64,000 nucleotides of DNA from a virus. The position numbers and the translations under genes were made by a program. The stretch lies in IMG/VR virus record IMGVR_UViG_3300037797_000117, positions 32,001 through 96,000 of that record; one strand, 5' to 3'. This document shows, piece after piece, positions 19,545 to 28,443 of the stretch; positions within the stretch are counted from its first letter, which is position 1, and every line of letters begins with the position of its first letter. The notes under the pieces were generated by a model that had not been told where the DNA came from, searched no databases, and saw nothing but the letters and a program-made list of their open reading frames with translations.

Positions 19545-20006
19545 ATGAGTTGTCCGCCACCACCACCGGGAGTCCCCGTGGATACCGTCACCAGAGTCAA
19601 GATCCCCGTATCCGCGAACGCCCTACCGAAGCGGACCCCGACCCAACTGGTCGAGATGGCCCGCGCCGACCTGGCCCAGTCCGGAACCATCCGCAACAAC
19701 GGCCTGCGCTACGCCACCGCCCACCTCGCCGCGTTGCGGGCCGCGTCCGCGTTGCTCGCCGCCCGGGCCACCCCTACCGAGGACATCGCCGACAGCCCCA
19801 CCAGCGTGTGGGTGATGCTGGTGATGGTCGCCCCGGAACTGGAACAGTGGACCGACACCTTCACGGCGAGCGCCCGGAACCGGGCCACCATCGAAGCCGG
19901 CGGGGTACACACCGTAGACGGGCACCAGGCGGACATTCTGATGATCCAGGCCGGCCGGTTCGTACAGGTCGTCGAAACCATCCTCGGCCTGACCCGCCCG
20001 ATTTAG
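19545..20006 (+). CDS. SAV_6107-like HEPN domain protein
   Basis: RYATAHLAALRAASALLAARA...PTSVWVML..VAPELEQW..F.ASA..RA.IEAG. Confidence 0.8.
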   Translation: MSCPPPPPGVPVDTVTRVKIPVSANALPKRTPTQLVEMARADLAQSGTIRNNGLRYATAHLAALRAASALLAARATPTEDIADSPTSVWVMLVMVAPELEQWTDTFTASARNRATIEAGGVHTVDGHQADILMIQAGRFVQVVETILGLTRPI

Positions 20007-20015
20007 TCCGTGACG

Positions 20016-20054
20016 ACCGCCCCTGCCCAGCCGCAACGGCTGGGCAGGGGCGGT
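20016..20054 (+). terminator. Terminator hairpin
   Basis: ACCGCCCCTGCCCAGCC-gcaac-GGCTGGGCAGGGGCGGT followed by TT. Confidence 0.8.
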
Positions 20055-20087
20055 TTCGCATTTCCCGGAAAAAGCCCCATCACCGTA

Positions 20088-20116
20088 TTGTGTCGTACCC
20101 CGGGTGCGAGTAGCGT
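20088..20116 (+). promoter_or_regulatory. Regulon promoter/operator copy 3
   Basis: TTGTGT-cgtaccccgggtgcgag-TAGCGT. Confidence 0.8.
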
Positions 20117-20173
20117 CACGGGCAGGCAAGGGAGAACTGGACTCCCCCACTACCCCGAGATGAGGCATCCGCC

Positions 20174-20404
20174 ATGGCCACCATCGTCGCCACCGCCGAA
20201 ATCGTGTTCGCCAGCCCCTTGCAGGAAAGCGACCCGCTCACCCCCGACACCGTCGAGGCTGCGGTCACCGCCACCGAGCTACGCCTTGGCCTCGACGGGT
20301 GTATCGCCCAGCTCGCCGGCGAATACGCCCGCCACCCCGACACGGCAGCCGCCCGGATGCGTTTCTCCCTGCGGGCCGCCGCACTCATCTGCAACTGCCA
20401 CTGA
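20174..20404 (+). CDS. Conserved small actinomycete protein
   Basis: FASPLQES...GCIAQLAGEYARHPDTAAARMRF motif. Confidence 0.7.
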   Translation: MATIVATAEIVFASPLQESDPLTPDTVEAAVTATELRLGLDGCIAQLAGEYARHPDTAAARMRFSLRAAALICNCH

Positions 20405-20425
20405 CATTCGCTGGCAGGAAGGGAA

Positions 20426-20743
20426 GTGATGACGATGCGCGCCACCCGTCTCGACGCCATCCGCAGGCGCGCTGCGGCAGCAACACCGGGCACCTGGAAG
20501 ATCGGCAGCAAGTTCGGCTGCGGCGTCCTCGGATCGTCGGTCGTGGTCCTGTCCGGCAAGCTCCCGTCGATCGACCTGGACCCCTACCGGAACGGCCGGG
20601 CCGATGCCGCTTTTATCGCCCATGCGCGTCAGGACATTCCGGCGCTGCTGGTGGAGATCGACCGTTTGCGGGCCGAGCTGGAGAGCCGCCCAGGACGTCC
20701 GGGCACTCCGGGCGAAACCTGTCACCGTAAATCCCGGGTGTGA
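20426..20743 (+). CDS. Ead/Ea22-like protein
   Basis: LDAIRRRAAAATPGTW...ADAAFIAHARQDIPALLVEIDRLR. Confidence 0.75.
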   Translation: MMTMRATRLDAIRRRAAAATPGTWKIGSKFGCGVLGSSVVVLSGKLPSIDLDPYRNGRADAAFIAHARQDIPALLVEIDRLRAELESRPGRPGTPGETCHRKSRV

Positions 20744-20787
20744 CATTTCCCCCCACCACCCGCCCAGACCAGAACGGACCCCGACCC

Positions 20788-21414
20788 ATGAATGAGCCGC
20801 TCCTGTCCGAGCCCCGCATCGCCGGTGTCATCTACGGCGCGATCGGCGGGCGCCGCGTGTTCCGAAGCTCCGCCGACCAGCGTGACTACCTGGCCGCGCC
20901 CCGGTTTTCGATCGAGACGGTTGAGGACATCGACGTGACCGACCTGATGGCCGCGATCGGAGGGGCCGGCCACGCCCGACGCCACGTCGGCGGGATCTGG
21001 GAGTTGACCGCGGCCGGGGAGGAACGCCTGTCCGAGTACGCGGTTGAAGCCCTGTTCCACCCGGAAGTGCTGCGGCTGCGGGAGCAGGCGGTCGCGGTCG
21101 AGGATGCCCTGCGCCGGCTGGCCCTGTTCCAGGAGCCGACCGCGAACCAGTTGGCGGTGGTCCCGCCGGAGCATCGGGTGTATCTGATGGGTCAGGCCGC
21201 CGGGCACCGGGCGATGCAGGAGCTGTACCGGCGGCACCGGCGGGTAGGGGAGATGTTGGCGTCGTGGTTGGGCCGGTTCGGGTCCGCCGGTGGGGATCCG
21301 CAGGTCCGTCAGGTGGCGTTGGTGAAGGCCTACCTCGACGGGGAGGCCGTCGAACATCAGGACGGCCCGGAGCGGGTGGCGGAGATGGCCCGGATGGTGT
21401 CGACGGGGTCCTGA
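20788..21414 (+). CDS. Hypothetical protein
   Basis: ORF with phage-like codon usage, followed by hairpin 21432-21465. Confidence 0.6.
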   Translation: MNEPLLSEPRIAGVIYGAIGGRRVFRSSADQRDYLAAPRFSIETVEDIDVTDLMAAIGGAGHARRHVGGIWELTAAGEERLSEYAVEALFHPEVLRLREQAVAVEDALRRLALFQEPTANQLAVVPPEHRVYLMGQAAGHRAMQELYRRHRRVGEMLASWLGRFGSAGGDPQVRQVALVKAYLDGEAVEHQDGPERVAEMARMVSTGS

Positions 21415-21469
21415 CCGTTTTCTGGTGTGGTTGGCCGGGTTGCCGAGGGTTCGGCAGCCCGGCCACTTC

Positions 21470-21499
21470 TTGTTCCGTACCCGGGGTGCGGGGTAGTGT
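21470..21499 (+). promoter_or_regulatory. Regulon promoter/operator copy 4
   Basis: TTGTTC-cgtacccggggtgcgggg-TAGTGT. Confidence 0.8.
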
Positions 21500-21545
21500 T
21501 GGTGGTGGTGGGGAACTGGACCCCGCCACCGGAGATGGAGACACG

Positions 21546-21806
21546 ATGGCAACCACGGAAAGGATGTTCGCCGATCTTCTGGGCGGCACGGAGGAATGGC
21601 AGGAGCGCGCGCTGTGCGCGCAGACCGACCCGGAAGCGTTCTTCCCGGAGAAGGGCGGGACGACCGGGGACGCGAAGCGGATCTGCCGCCGATGCGAGGT
21701 TCGTGGGGAGTGCCTGGAGTACGCCTTGGCCGGAAACGTCAAGTTCGGGATCTGGGGTGGGCTGACGGAGCGGGAGCGCAAGAGGTTGAAGCGCCGCGCG
21801 GGGTAG
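21546..21806 (+). CDS. whiB: WhiB family transcription factor
   Basis: WQERALCAQTDPEAFFPEKGG...AKRICRRCEVRGECLEYAL...FGIWGGLTERER. Confidence 0.95.
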   Translation: MATTERMFADLLGGTEEWQERALCAQTDPEAFFPEKGGTTGDAKRICRRCEVRGECLEYALAGNVKFGIWGGLTERERKRLKRRAG

Positions 21807-21828
21807 ATCATCCACCCGCCCACACGTC

Positions 21829-21857
21829 TTGTATGGAATCAGGGGTACGGGTACACT
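21829..21857 (+). promoter_or_regulatory. Regulon promoter copy 5 (right half-site)
   Basis: TTGTAT-ggaatcaggggtacggg-TACACT. Confidence 0.7.
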
Positions 21858-21951
21858 GGGGGCGGCTGATCTTGGCCTGACCCCCCTGTACACCCCTGGA
21901 GGCATCGTAGTGAACGGAGCAGACACCGTGGAGGAGGAGGACACCTCCACC

Positions 21952-22458
21952 ATGAACCCGGAAAAGGAACGCCAGGAACGGGAAAGGGCCCAACTCGCCG
22001 ACGAGCGCGAGGCCCGCTACCGGCAGCGGCGTAAAGACCTCACCGCCGACACCACCATCGACCCACGCCGCCGCGACCTGTACCTGGACCGCACCCTGTG
22101 GGACAGCTCCCGGATCGCCGCCGAGCTCGACATCAGCGACCACCGCCTGTCAACCATGCGCGGCGGCCGGCGGACCGCCGGCGGGGTGACCCTGCCGCAG
22201 CGGCCGTACCCCCACCCGTCCGGGTTCATCCCACCCGACGAGATCAGAGGTTACGTGTTCGGCAACCCCACCTACGCGTGGGAAGCCGGCCGGGTCCGCC
22301 AGTTCGCCGTCCGGCGGGGCCTGAACCTACTCAACCTGGACACCGGCCGGATGCGGAAGATGCGCGCCCGGTACGGCCGCGCCCGGCACGGACGCACCAC
22401 CGCGTCGAAGGTTCACAAGGCCGGCACCCCACGGAAGGGCAAGAAGACCACCGACTGA
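21952..22458 (+). CDS. Putative HTH DNA-binding protein
   Basis: LWDSSRIAAELDISDHRLSTMR HTH-like segment and P..AWEAGRVRQF wing; very basic. Confidence 0.55.
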   Translation: MNPEKERQERERAQLADEREARYRQRRKDLTADTTIDPRRRDLYLDRTLWDSSRIAAELDISDHRLSTMRGGRRTAGGVTLPQRPYPHPSGFIPPDEIRGYVFGNPTYAWEAGRVRQFAVRRGLNLLNLDTGRMRKMRARYGRARHGRTTASKVHKAGTPRKGKKTTD

Positions 22459-22606
22459 GGAAATGGGCGAGGCCCGCACCGACCCGGAACAGGACTGGAA
22501 TCCGAGGTCTGGCCAGCGCGGGCCTCTGAGATGAAGCACGACTACAGGTCCCCCGTCTCCGGGTTGTTGGCGCCGCGTAGGTAACGGTACCAGCGCGCCC
22601 GGACCA

Positions 22607-23584
22607 ATGTCATCTTCTGTTGAGGAGATCACCGTGTCCGTGTCCGCGCCCCCCGCCCCGCCCCGTGTCGACGTGTCCGGCTACAACGGCCCGACCATGC
22701 TGGACGACCAGATCCGGCTGGCCGAGGTCCTCGCGACTGCGACCCGGGTCATCCCGGTCGACTACCGCGACCAGCCCGGCGACCTGCTGGCCCTCATCTA
22801 CGAGGCGCAGGCCCTCAACATTCCGGTGATGACCGCCGTCCACAACCTCTACTTCGAGGACGACGGCTCGTACGGCATGTCGGCGCAGTTGATCGGGGCG
22901 TTGCTGCGCCGCGGCGGCGCCGACTGGTCCACCACCATCGAGCAGGGTAAGTCGTGCACCCTGGTGTTCACCTTCGCAGACGGCCGCACCGGTGGAGAGG
23001 CCAAGTACACCATCGGCGACGCGCTTCGGGCCGAGATCGCCAACACCACCAACTGGATCCGGTACCCCGACGACAACCTGTACGCCCGTGCGGTGTCGCA
23101 GGGCGCCCGCCGGTTCGCCCAAGACCTCACCGGTGGCCTGGCCTACGTCCCCGGCGAACGGACCACCGCACCCGCCGTGCAGGAAGAGGCCGTCGACCCG
23201 GACGTGGCCGAGTTCCTCGCCCAAGCTGACGGGGCTTCCACCACCCAGATCCAGGCCCTGACCGACACCGCCCTGGCGAAGAAGTCCAACGGCCTGGCCG
23301 CCAAGCCCGCCGGCGGCGGGAAGTCCGTCGAGGACCGGCTGCGGGAGCTGTGGCTGGCCGCCGCCGCCCGGGAGCTGGCCGCCGCCACCGCACCCGACGC
23401 CGACGCCGGCGAGCCGGCACCCGAGCCCGACCCGCAGCCGGCGGCGGTCCCCGGTGACGGGCACGCCCTCACCGCCCCCGCCGGCGAAGGAGACCTGCCG
23501 TGCCGCTGCCCGGCCGCTGCCGTCCTCGCCACCGGCGAACACGACCCGGCCGTGTGCCTCAACACCGCGGCGGTGACGCCGTGA
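22607..23584 (+). CDS. RecT/Red-beta-like single-strand annealing protein
   Basis: IPVDYRDQPGDLL, MSAQLIGALL, YTIGDALRA, NWIRYPDDNLYARAVSQGAR. Confidence 0.75.
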   Translation: MSSSVEEITVSVSAPPAPPRVDVSGYNGPTMLDDQIRLAEVLATATRVIPVDYRDQPGDLLALIYEAQALNIPVMTAVHNLYFEDDGSYGMSAQLIGALLRRGGADWSTTIEQGKSCTLVFTFADGRTGGEAKYTIGDALRAEIANTTNWIRYPDDNLYARAVSQGARRFAQDLTGGLAYVPGERTTAPAVQEEAVDPDVAEFLAQADGASTTQIQALTDTALAKKSNGLAAKPAGGGKSVEDRLRELWLAAAARELAAATAPDADAGEPAPEPDPQPAAVPGDGHALTAPAGEGDLPCRCPAAAVLATGEHDPAVCLNTAAVTP

Positions 23585-24063
23585 CCGCGCCGGTCGACCT
23601 GGCCTTCACCGTGCGGCTGCCCTACGCCGCCGCCATCCGCAACGGCACGAAGCCGATCGAGAACCGGGGGCGGCCGCCGCACGGCAAGTACCTCGGCGCC
23701 CGGGTCGCGTTGCACGCCGCCATGACCTGGTCGAAAACCGGCGCCGCCGACCCTCGGATCCGGACCTGGTGGTGGGGACCAGACCGCGCGGACCACCCCG
23801 TCGACCCCGTCGACTTCTGGCCACTCGTCGGCCGGCTCATCGCCGTGGTCACCTTCGCCGGGTGGCACCAGGCCGACCGGACCACACCGTTCGCGACATG
23901 CTGCCAGCCGTGGGGCGACCGCATGTACAACGGCTCCCTCGACACGGTGGCCTGGCACATCGAGCTCGCGGACATCACCCCGATCGACCCGCCAACCTCG
24001 CGGATCCACGGCCGCCTGTCGGTGCCGTTCACCCTTGCCGACCCGATTGCCGACCCGCGATGA
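23581..24063 (+). CDS. ASCH domain protein
   Basis: FTVRLPYAAAIRNGTKPIENR...VALHAA. Confidence 0.85.
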   Translation: MTAPVDLAFTVRLPYAAAIRNGTKPIENRGRPPHGKYLGARVALHAAMTWSKTGAADPRIRTWWWGPDRADHPVDPVDFWPLVGRLIAVVTFAGWHQADRTTPFATCCQPWGDRMYNGSLDTVAWHIELADITPIDPPTSRIHGRLSVPFTLADPIADPR

Positions 24064-25079
24064 GCGGCGTCGCCCTACGGACCGCGTCCGACCTGGTCGC
24101 CGAAACCCGGGCCATGGTGGGGAAGGCGTTCACCGCTGAAAACAGCCGCCGCCAGGCCGAACGCGACCCGACCCGGCTCACCATGTCCGGTCTCGGCGGC
24201 TGCACCCGCGCCGCCGCCTACTCGATCGCGGGTACCCCACCGTCCGACGTTGCCCTCCCGGAAGAGGCCCGCCAAGCCCTCCTCGGCACCTGGATCCACG
24301 AACATCTCCTGCCCGGCATGGCCGAATTCGCCGGCCCCGACGTCGTGGTGGAACAGCCGGTGAAACTCGCGGCCGCCGGCCTCGTCATCACCGGCACCTT
24401 GGACATGGCCGTCCACGACGTGGTGTGGGAGGTGAAGTCGGTCAAGGAGTGGCGTCTACACGGCGTGCGCCGCAAAGGGGTCTACGCCGAACACCGCGTC
24501 CAGGCCCGCGGCTACGGCCTGGCCTACCTCCAGGCCGGCAACCCGGTCAGGTGGATCGTGTTCATCTACATCGACCGCGCCACCGGCGAAGTCCACATCG
24601 AGGCCGAGCCGTTCACCAACGCCGCCGCCCTGTCCGTCATCGACCGCCTCGACCGGATCAAATTCCACGCCGGCGACGACCCCGACCGGGCACCCCGCGA
24701 GGGCCGCGGCCCCGGCGTGTCCCTCGCGTGCGACCGCTGCCCGTGGCTACGCCGCTGCTGGGGCGACGACGCAGTCCCCGGCAAGACCGGCCCGCAGCGC
24801 ACGATCGCCCGCACCGACGCCGGAATCGAGTACGCCCTCGACCTGTACGGCCGGGCCGCCGCCGCCGCGTCGCAGGCCGAACGCGACAAGACGTTCGCGA
24901 AGCTGATCCTGGCCGCCGCCCCCAACGGCCAGTACGGGTCGTGGATCTACGGCCGGGGCAGGGGAAGCGAAAAGTGGGACCACGACCAGATCGCCGCTGA
25001 CTACGCCGCGGCCGGCTTGGAGGTCCCCAAGGCACCCACCGCCGGGAAGATCATCGTCAAGCCGGCCCCCCAGAAATAG
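24060..25079 (+). CDS. Cas4/RecB-like PD-(D/E)XK exonuclease
   Basis: MSGLGGCTR, GTWIH, GTLD...WEVKS, Q.RGY, CDRCPWLRRCW. Confidence 0.85.
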   Translation: MSGVALRTASDLVAETRAMVGKAFTAENSRRQAERDPTRLTMSGLGGCTRAAAYSIAGTPPSDVALPEEARQALLGTWIHEHLLPGMAEFAGPDVVVEQPVKLAAAGLVITGTLDMAVHDVVWEVKSVKEWRLHGVRRKGVYAEHRVQARGYGLAYLQAGNPVRWIVFIYIDRATGEVHIEAEPFTNAAALSVIDRLDRIKFHAGDDPDRAPREGRGPGVSLACDRCPWLRRCWGDDAVPGKTGPQRTIARTDAGIEYALDLYGRAAAAASQAERDKTFAKLILAAAPNGQYGSWIYGRGRGSEKWDHDQIAADYAAAGLEVPKAPTAGKIIVKPAPQK

Positions 25080-25476
25080 GCGACACCCCACGGAAGTCCG
25101 GTGTCTTCGGCCACTTACGGAGTACCGTGTTCACCGCTACTACCCGGTCTGCGGGCATGCGGCCCGACGGTGGGGATGCCCCGGAAACTATTCCGGCTCC
25201 CACCCGAGGGCATCGGGTAGGAGCCGGAATGTTGGCCCTTGTCAAGGGGCCACGGGCCAGGAGGGTCGAACAACTAAGCCGAGTTCGCAGCACGTCTCAG
25301 TCTCACTCAAACCAACCTCAACAGATCCCTGAGGAAAACACCCAGAAGATCCCGATGAAAACAGGCCCTGCGCGGGCGTCACGCGTTAACGAGTATAGCG
25401 GAACCGCGGGCGATGCATCACCGCCTACTTGTTAACACGTCCGGCGTGTCGGGGCTTCGAGTAGGAAGCAGACCAG

Positions 25477-26628
25477 ATGGCCGGCATGTCGGCATCCGAC
25501 GCCGATTTCGAGATCGAGATCGAGCCGGGGCGGGTTCCGCCCCCCCACACACCAGCCCCCGACTGGATCACCATGTCGGCCTTCTCCGCAGCGGCACAGA
25601 AGCTGCACAAGGTCCTCGGCATGCACGTCAACCGGGACCGCGGCGACGGGATCGTGTGGCCCAGCACCCGCAGCCTGGCCGCGCTGATGGGGTATAGCCG
25701 CGGCGACAAGATCAGCACGTTGTTGAAGGAACTCGCGGCCGGCAAGGCCATCGAGATCCGCCGCCGCGGCGTGCCCTGCCGCAACGTCTACGTCTGGCAC
25801 CAGCTCCCACCCGAGGGCTACACCGGCCCGGTGACGTTGAAGGACTGGTACAGCCGCAACCGGCCGCTGCTGGACCAGATGCGGAAAGCCGAGCAGGCCC
25901 GCCGCAAGGCCCGCCGCAAGACTTCCGCAAAAGCCCAGGTCAACCCAGATACCCCCGATCCAGGGGGCACCCAAGCGGACCCGGGGTGCCCCCCCGATGG
26001 AGGGGATCAGGCCCACCCCGATTCAGGGGATCCAGATACCCCCGATCCGGGTCGGGAACAAGAAGAAGAAGAACAAGAAGAAAAGAACCCCCCCCCTACC
26101 CCCCACGACGAACCGGCGGCGCCCGACGACGGCGAGGCCGCAACGGCGGAGGGGGAGGAACCTGAAGATCACATACAGACCCGCATCGACGATGCCGTCG
26201 TCGAGGTGCGGAAGCTGCGGCCGGGGTGGTCCCCTCCGCGCGTAGTGAAGGTTCTCCGGGCTGCGTTGGGTGAGGGCCGGGATCCGGCGGTGGTGTTCGC
26301 GGCGGTACTGCTGGTCGCTGCCGATCCGGCGACGAAGCACCCGTCCCGGTTGAACCAGGACGGGGATTGGTGGCCGGCGGCGGAGCGCGCGGTTCGTCGG
26401 CCCCCGCCGGCGCCGCCTCGTGTTTCGACGGTGTGGTGCGACCGGCACGGCCACAGGTACCCGGCGGGTGAGGACTGCGGTCTGTGTATGGCCGAGGCCC
26501 GGAACGGCGGCTACGGGACTTCTGACGGGCCGGGCGGGGCATCTGTGATCGACCTCAGCGACGCTGAGTGGGCGCGGCTGCCGGCGGCGACCCGTGCCCG
26601 GTACGCGGCGGCTCGGAGCGGGTCGTGA
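25477..26628 (+). CDS. Replication initiator (N-terminal wHTH, lambda O-like layout)
   Basis: VWPSTRSLAALMGYS...LKEL...RNVY HTH; internal DNA repeats and a purine tract; C-terminal CxxH-CxxC. Confidence 0.75.
   Translation: MAGMSASDADFEIEIEPGRVPPPHTPAPDWITMSAFSAAAQKLHKVLGMHVNRDRGDGIVWPSTRSLAALMGYSRGDKISTLLKELAAGKAIEIRRRGVPCRNVYVWHQLPPEGYTGPVTLKDWYSRNRPLLDQMRKAEQARRKARRKTSAKAQVNPDTPDPGGTQADPGCPPDGGDQAHPDSGDPDTPDPGREQEEEEQEEKNPPPTPHDEPAAPDDGEAATAEGEEPEDHIQTRIDDAVVEVRKLRPGWSPPRVVKVLRAALGEGRDPAVVFAAVLLVAADPATKHPSRLNQDGDWWPAAERAVRRPPPAPPRVSTVWCDRHGHRYPAGEDCGLCMAEARNGGYGTSDGPGGASVIDLSDAEWARLPAATRARYAAARSGS
25945..26088. repeat. Iteron-like repeats and purine tract, candidate origin
   Basis: CCAGATACCCCCGATCC at 25945 and 26032; CCCCGATNNAGGGG at 25953, 25992 and 26016; GAA-rich tract 26056-26088. 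Confidence 0.6.
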
Positions 26629-27023
26629 CCGCCGCCGCCCCGGCGCCGGCCGGGGGCGAGCGGCGTCCGGGGCCGCCGGCGCTGTCGCGGATCGAGGACT
26701 GCCCGACGTGTGGGCAGCGGATCACGTCGGTGATGGACCGGGTGGGGAAGCCGGTGAGGTTCAACTGCGACGACAACGGTAAGGCGGTGCGGTCGCCGGT
26801 CGGTGAGTGGTGGGCGGCCCGGTTCAGTGACCGGTGGTGTGTGGTGCGCCCGGAGCGGGGTGAGGATCCGCCGTCGACGGGTGGTGGGGTGCGGTATCGG
26901 CAGCACAACTGTCGGCGGACGGTTGAGGAGTTGGCTGCGGAGGATGTGTTGCGGCAGGTGTTCGGTGTGGTTGAGGTGTTGTCGTTGCCGGATGGTCCGG
27001 TACAGGGGGAGATGGGGCGTTAG
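26625..27023 (+). CDS. Hypothetical Zn-ribbon protein
   Basis: CPTCG...HNC; GTGA overlap with the initiator gene. Confidence 0.6.
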   Translation: MTAAAPAPAGGERRPGPPALSRIEDCPTCGQRITSVMDRVGKPVRFNCDDNGKAVRSPVGEWWAARFSDRWCVVRPERGEDPPSTGGGVRYRQHNCRRTVEELAAEDVLRQVFGVVEVLSLPDGPVQGEMGR

Positions 27024-27046
27024 CTGCCACGACACCCCGGCCGGTC

Positions 27047-27075
27047 TTGTATGGTTTCCGGGGTACGGGTAACCT
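27047..27075 (+). promoter_or_regulatory. Regulon promoter copy 6
   Basis: TTGTAT-ggtttccggggtacggg-TAACCT. Confidence 0.75.
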
Positions 27076-27115
27076 TGGAGGGTAGGTTTCCTTCCCACCG
27101 AGTGCTGGAGCGCAC

Positions 27116-27457
27116 ATGGACGAATCACCCATCGACACCACCGAGCCGCTCGGTATCCAGGCGAAACAGGTCCTCATGATGGCCGCCGAGGACCGGCTCG
27201 TCGGGTACAGCTTCCCGATCGACATGACCGACCCGGAGTCGGTGCAGGCCGCCCAGGAAGAGATCGGGCCTACCGGGGTTCTCCCCGACGACCAAGTCGG
27301 CGTCTACTACCTGATCAAGGTGACCGACGTTGCCGGGAACCGGGTGCCGTCGATCGTTGCCGAACCTGAGGTCCGGTCGACGATCTTCGGGATTGCGGTC
27401 AAGACCGACGCGGTTCTGGCCCGCAAGTACGCCTACCAGAGGTACCTGCTGCCGTGA
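27116..27457 (+). CDS. Hypothetical protein
   Basis: RBS GGAG; first gene of the cassette. Confidence 0.65.
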   Translation: MDESPIDTTEPLGIQAKQVLMMAAEDRLVGYSFPIDMTDPESVQAAQEEIGPTGVLPDDQVGVYYLIKVTDVAGNRVPSIVAEPEVRSTIFGIAVKTDAVLARKYAYQRYLLP

Positions 27458-27993
27458 CCGGGCCAGCCGACCGGCCCACCGGCCCCGCCGCGACAACGAC
27501 CGGGTGGCGTGTCGACGTCCACATGCCCGTGTGGGAGTCGGGGAAGAAAGCTGGGGAGCCGGTCGGCTGGCTGTCGCTGAACCGTCTACCCACCACCCGG
27601 TGGCAGAAGGTCGCCTTCGACAAGGTTCGAGGCCTGTGGCGCACCGGCGCCTACAGCGCCCTGGTCGTGGCCCGCGTCCCCCGCGGCCTGGCCCGGGCCG
27701 AAGTGGCTGTCGAGTTGCGGTTCACAGACCGGACGGTCCGCGACCCGTCGAACTACGAGTTGACCATCAAGCCGGTCATCGACGCGCTCGGCCCGCAACG
27801 AATCTACGAGTCGAAGGCGAAGAAGAAAGACCACGGCATCGTCGTCGAACACGGCCGCGGCGTCATTCCGGGCGACGACCCCCGCTACCTGGTTCGGCCC
27901 AACACCACCGTTGGTGAACCCCTCGGCCGCACCAACCCGATCAAGGGCATCGTCACGTTGACGATCCGCCCACTACCCGCCCTGGAGGTGTGA
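27454..27993 (+). CDS. RusA-like Holliday junction resolvase
   Basis: WLSLN, RDPSNYELTIKPVIDAL, GVIPGDD. Confidence 0.75.
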   Translation: MTGPADRPTGPAATTTGWRVDVHMPVWESGKKAGEPVGWLSLNRLPTTRWQKVAFDKVRGLWRTGAYSALVVARVPRGLARAEVAVELRFTDRTVRDPSNYELTIKPVIDALGPQRIYESKAKKKDHGIVVEHGRGVIPGDDPRYLVRPNTTVGEPLGRTNPIKGIVTLTIRPLPALEV

Positions 27994-28427
27994 TGCCCGT
28001 CGACCACGTACGTCGCGAACACATGCCGTGGCGGGCCCCGCTCGACCGGACCGAATGCGGCCGCGCCCTCAGCAACGTTCCCGGCCGGGTCCTGTCCCGC
28101 GCGGAGTGGCACACGGTGGCCCGCGAATGGAACGACCTGGTCCGTAGCTACCGGGTGGCGAAGATGCAGGTTCCGGCGTCCGCCGTCCGCCCCAACGTGT
28201 GTATGACCTGCTGGACGACATGCGAGCGGTGGCCGGCGTGGGAACGGGTGCCGCTGCGGCCGTTGTGGCGGTGGCTCGACGACTTCGGCTACTACCCGGC
28301 CGGCCGCGACGCTGAACAGGCCTGCCGGGAGCTGTGGGCGATCGGGCACCTGGTCCGGCGGCACCGCCGCGAGTTCGACGCCCTCATCGAATCCATGCCT
28401 GACGGCTACCGCCGCGACGACCTGTGA
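27990..28427 (+). CDS. Hypothetical protein
   Basis: Overlapping operon gene; TECG and CMTC motifs. Confidence 0.6.
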   Translation: MMPVDHVRREHMPWRAPLDRTECGRALSNVPGRVLSRAEWHTVAREWNDLVRSYRVAKMQVPASAVRPNVCMTCWTTCERWPAWERVPLRPLWRWLDDFGYYPAGRDAEQACRELWAIGHLVRRHRREFDALIESMPDGYRRDDL

Positions 28428-28443
28428 AAGGGGGGCGACCTCT

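Noticed and set aside
24060-25079. Cas4-like gene as part of a CRISPR-Cas system
   Set aside because: It sits beside a RecT-like gene as a normal phage recombination exonuclease; no array or other cas genes
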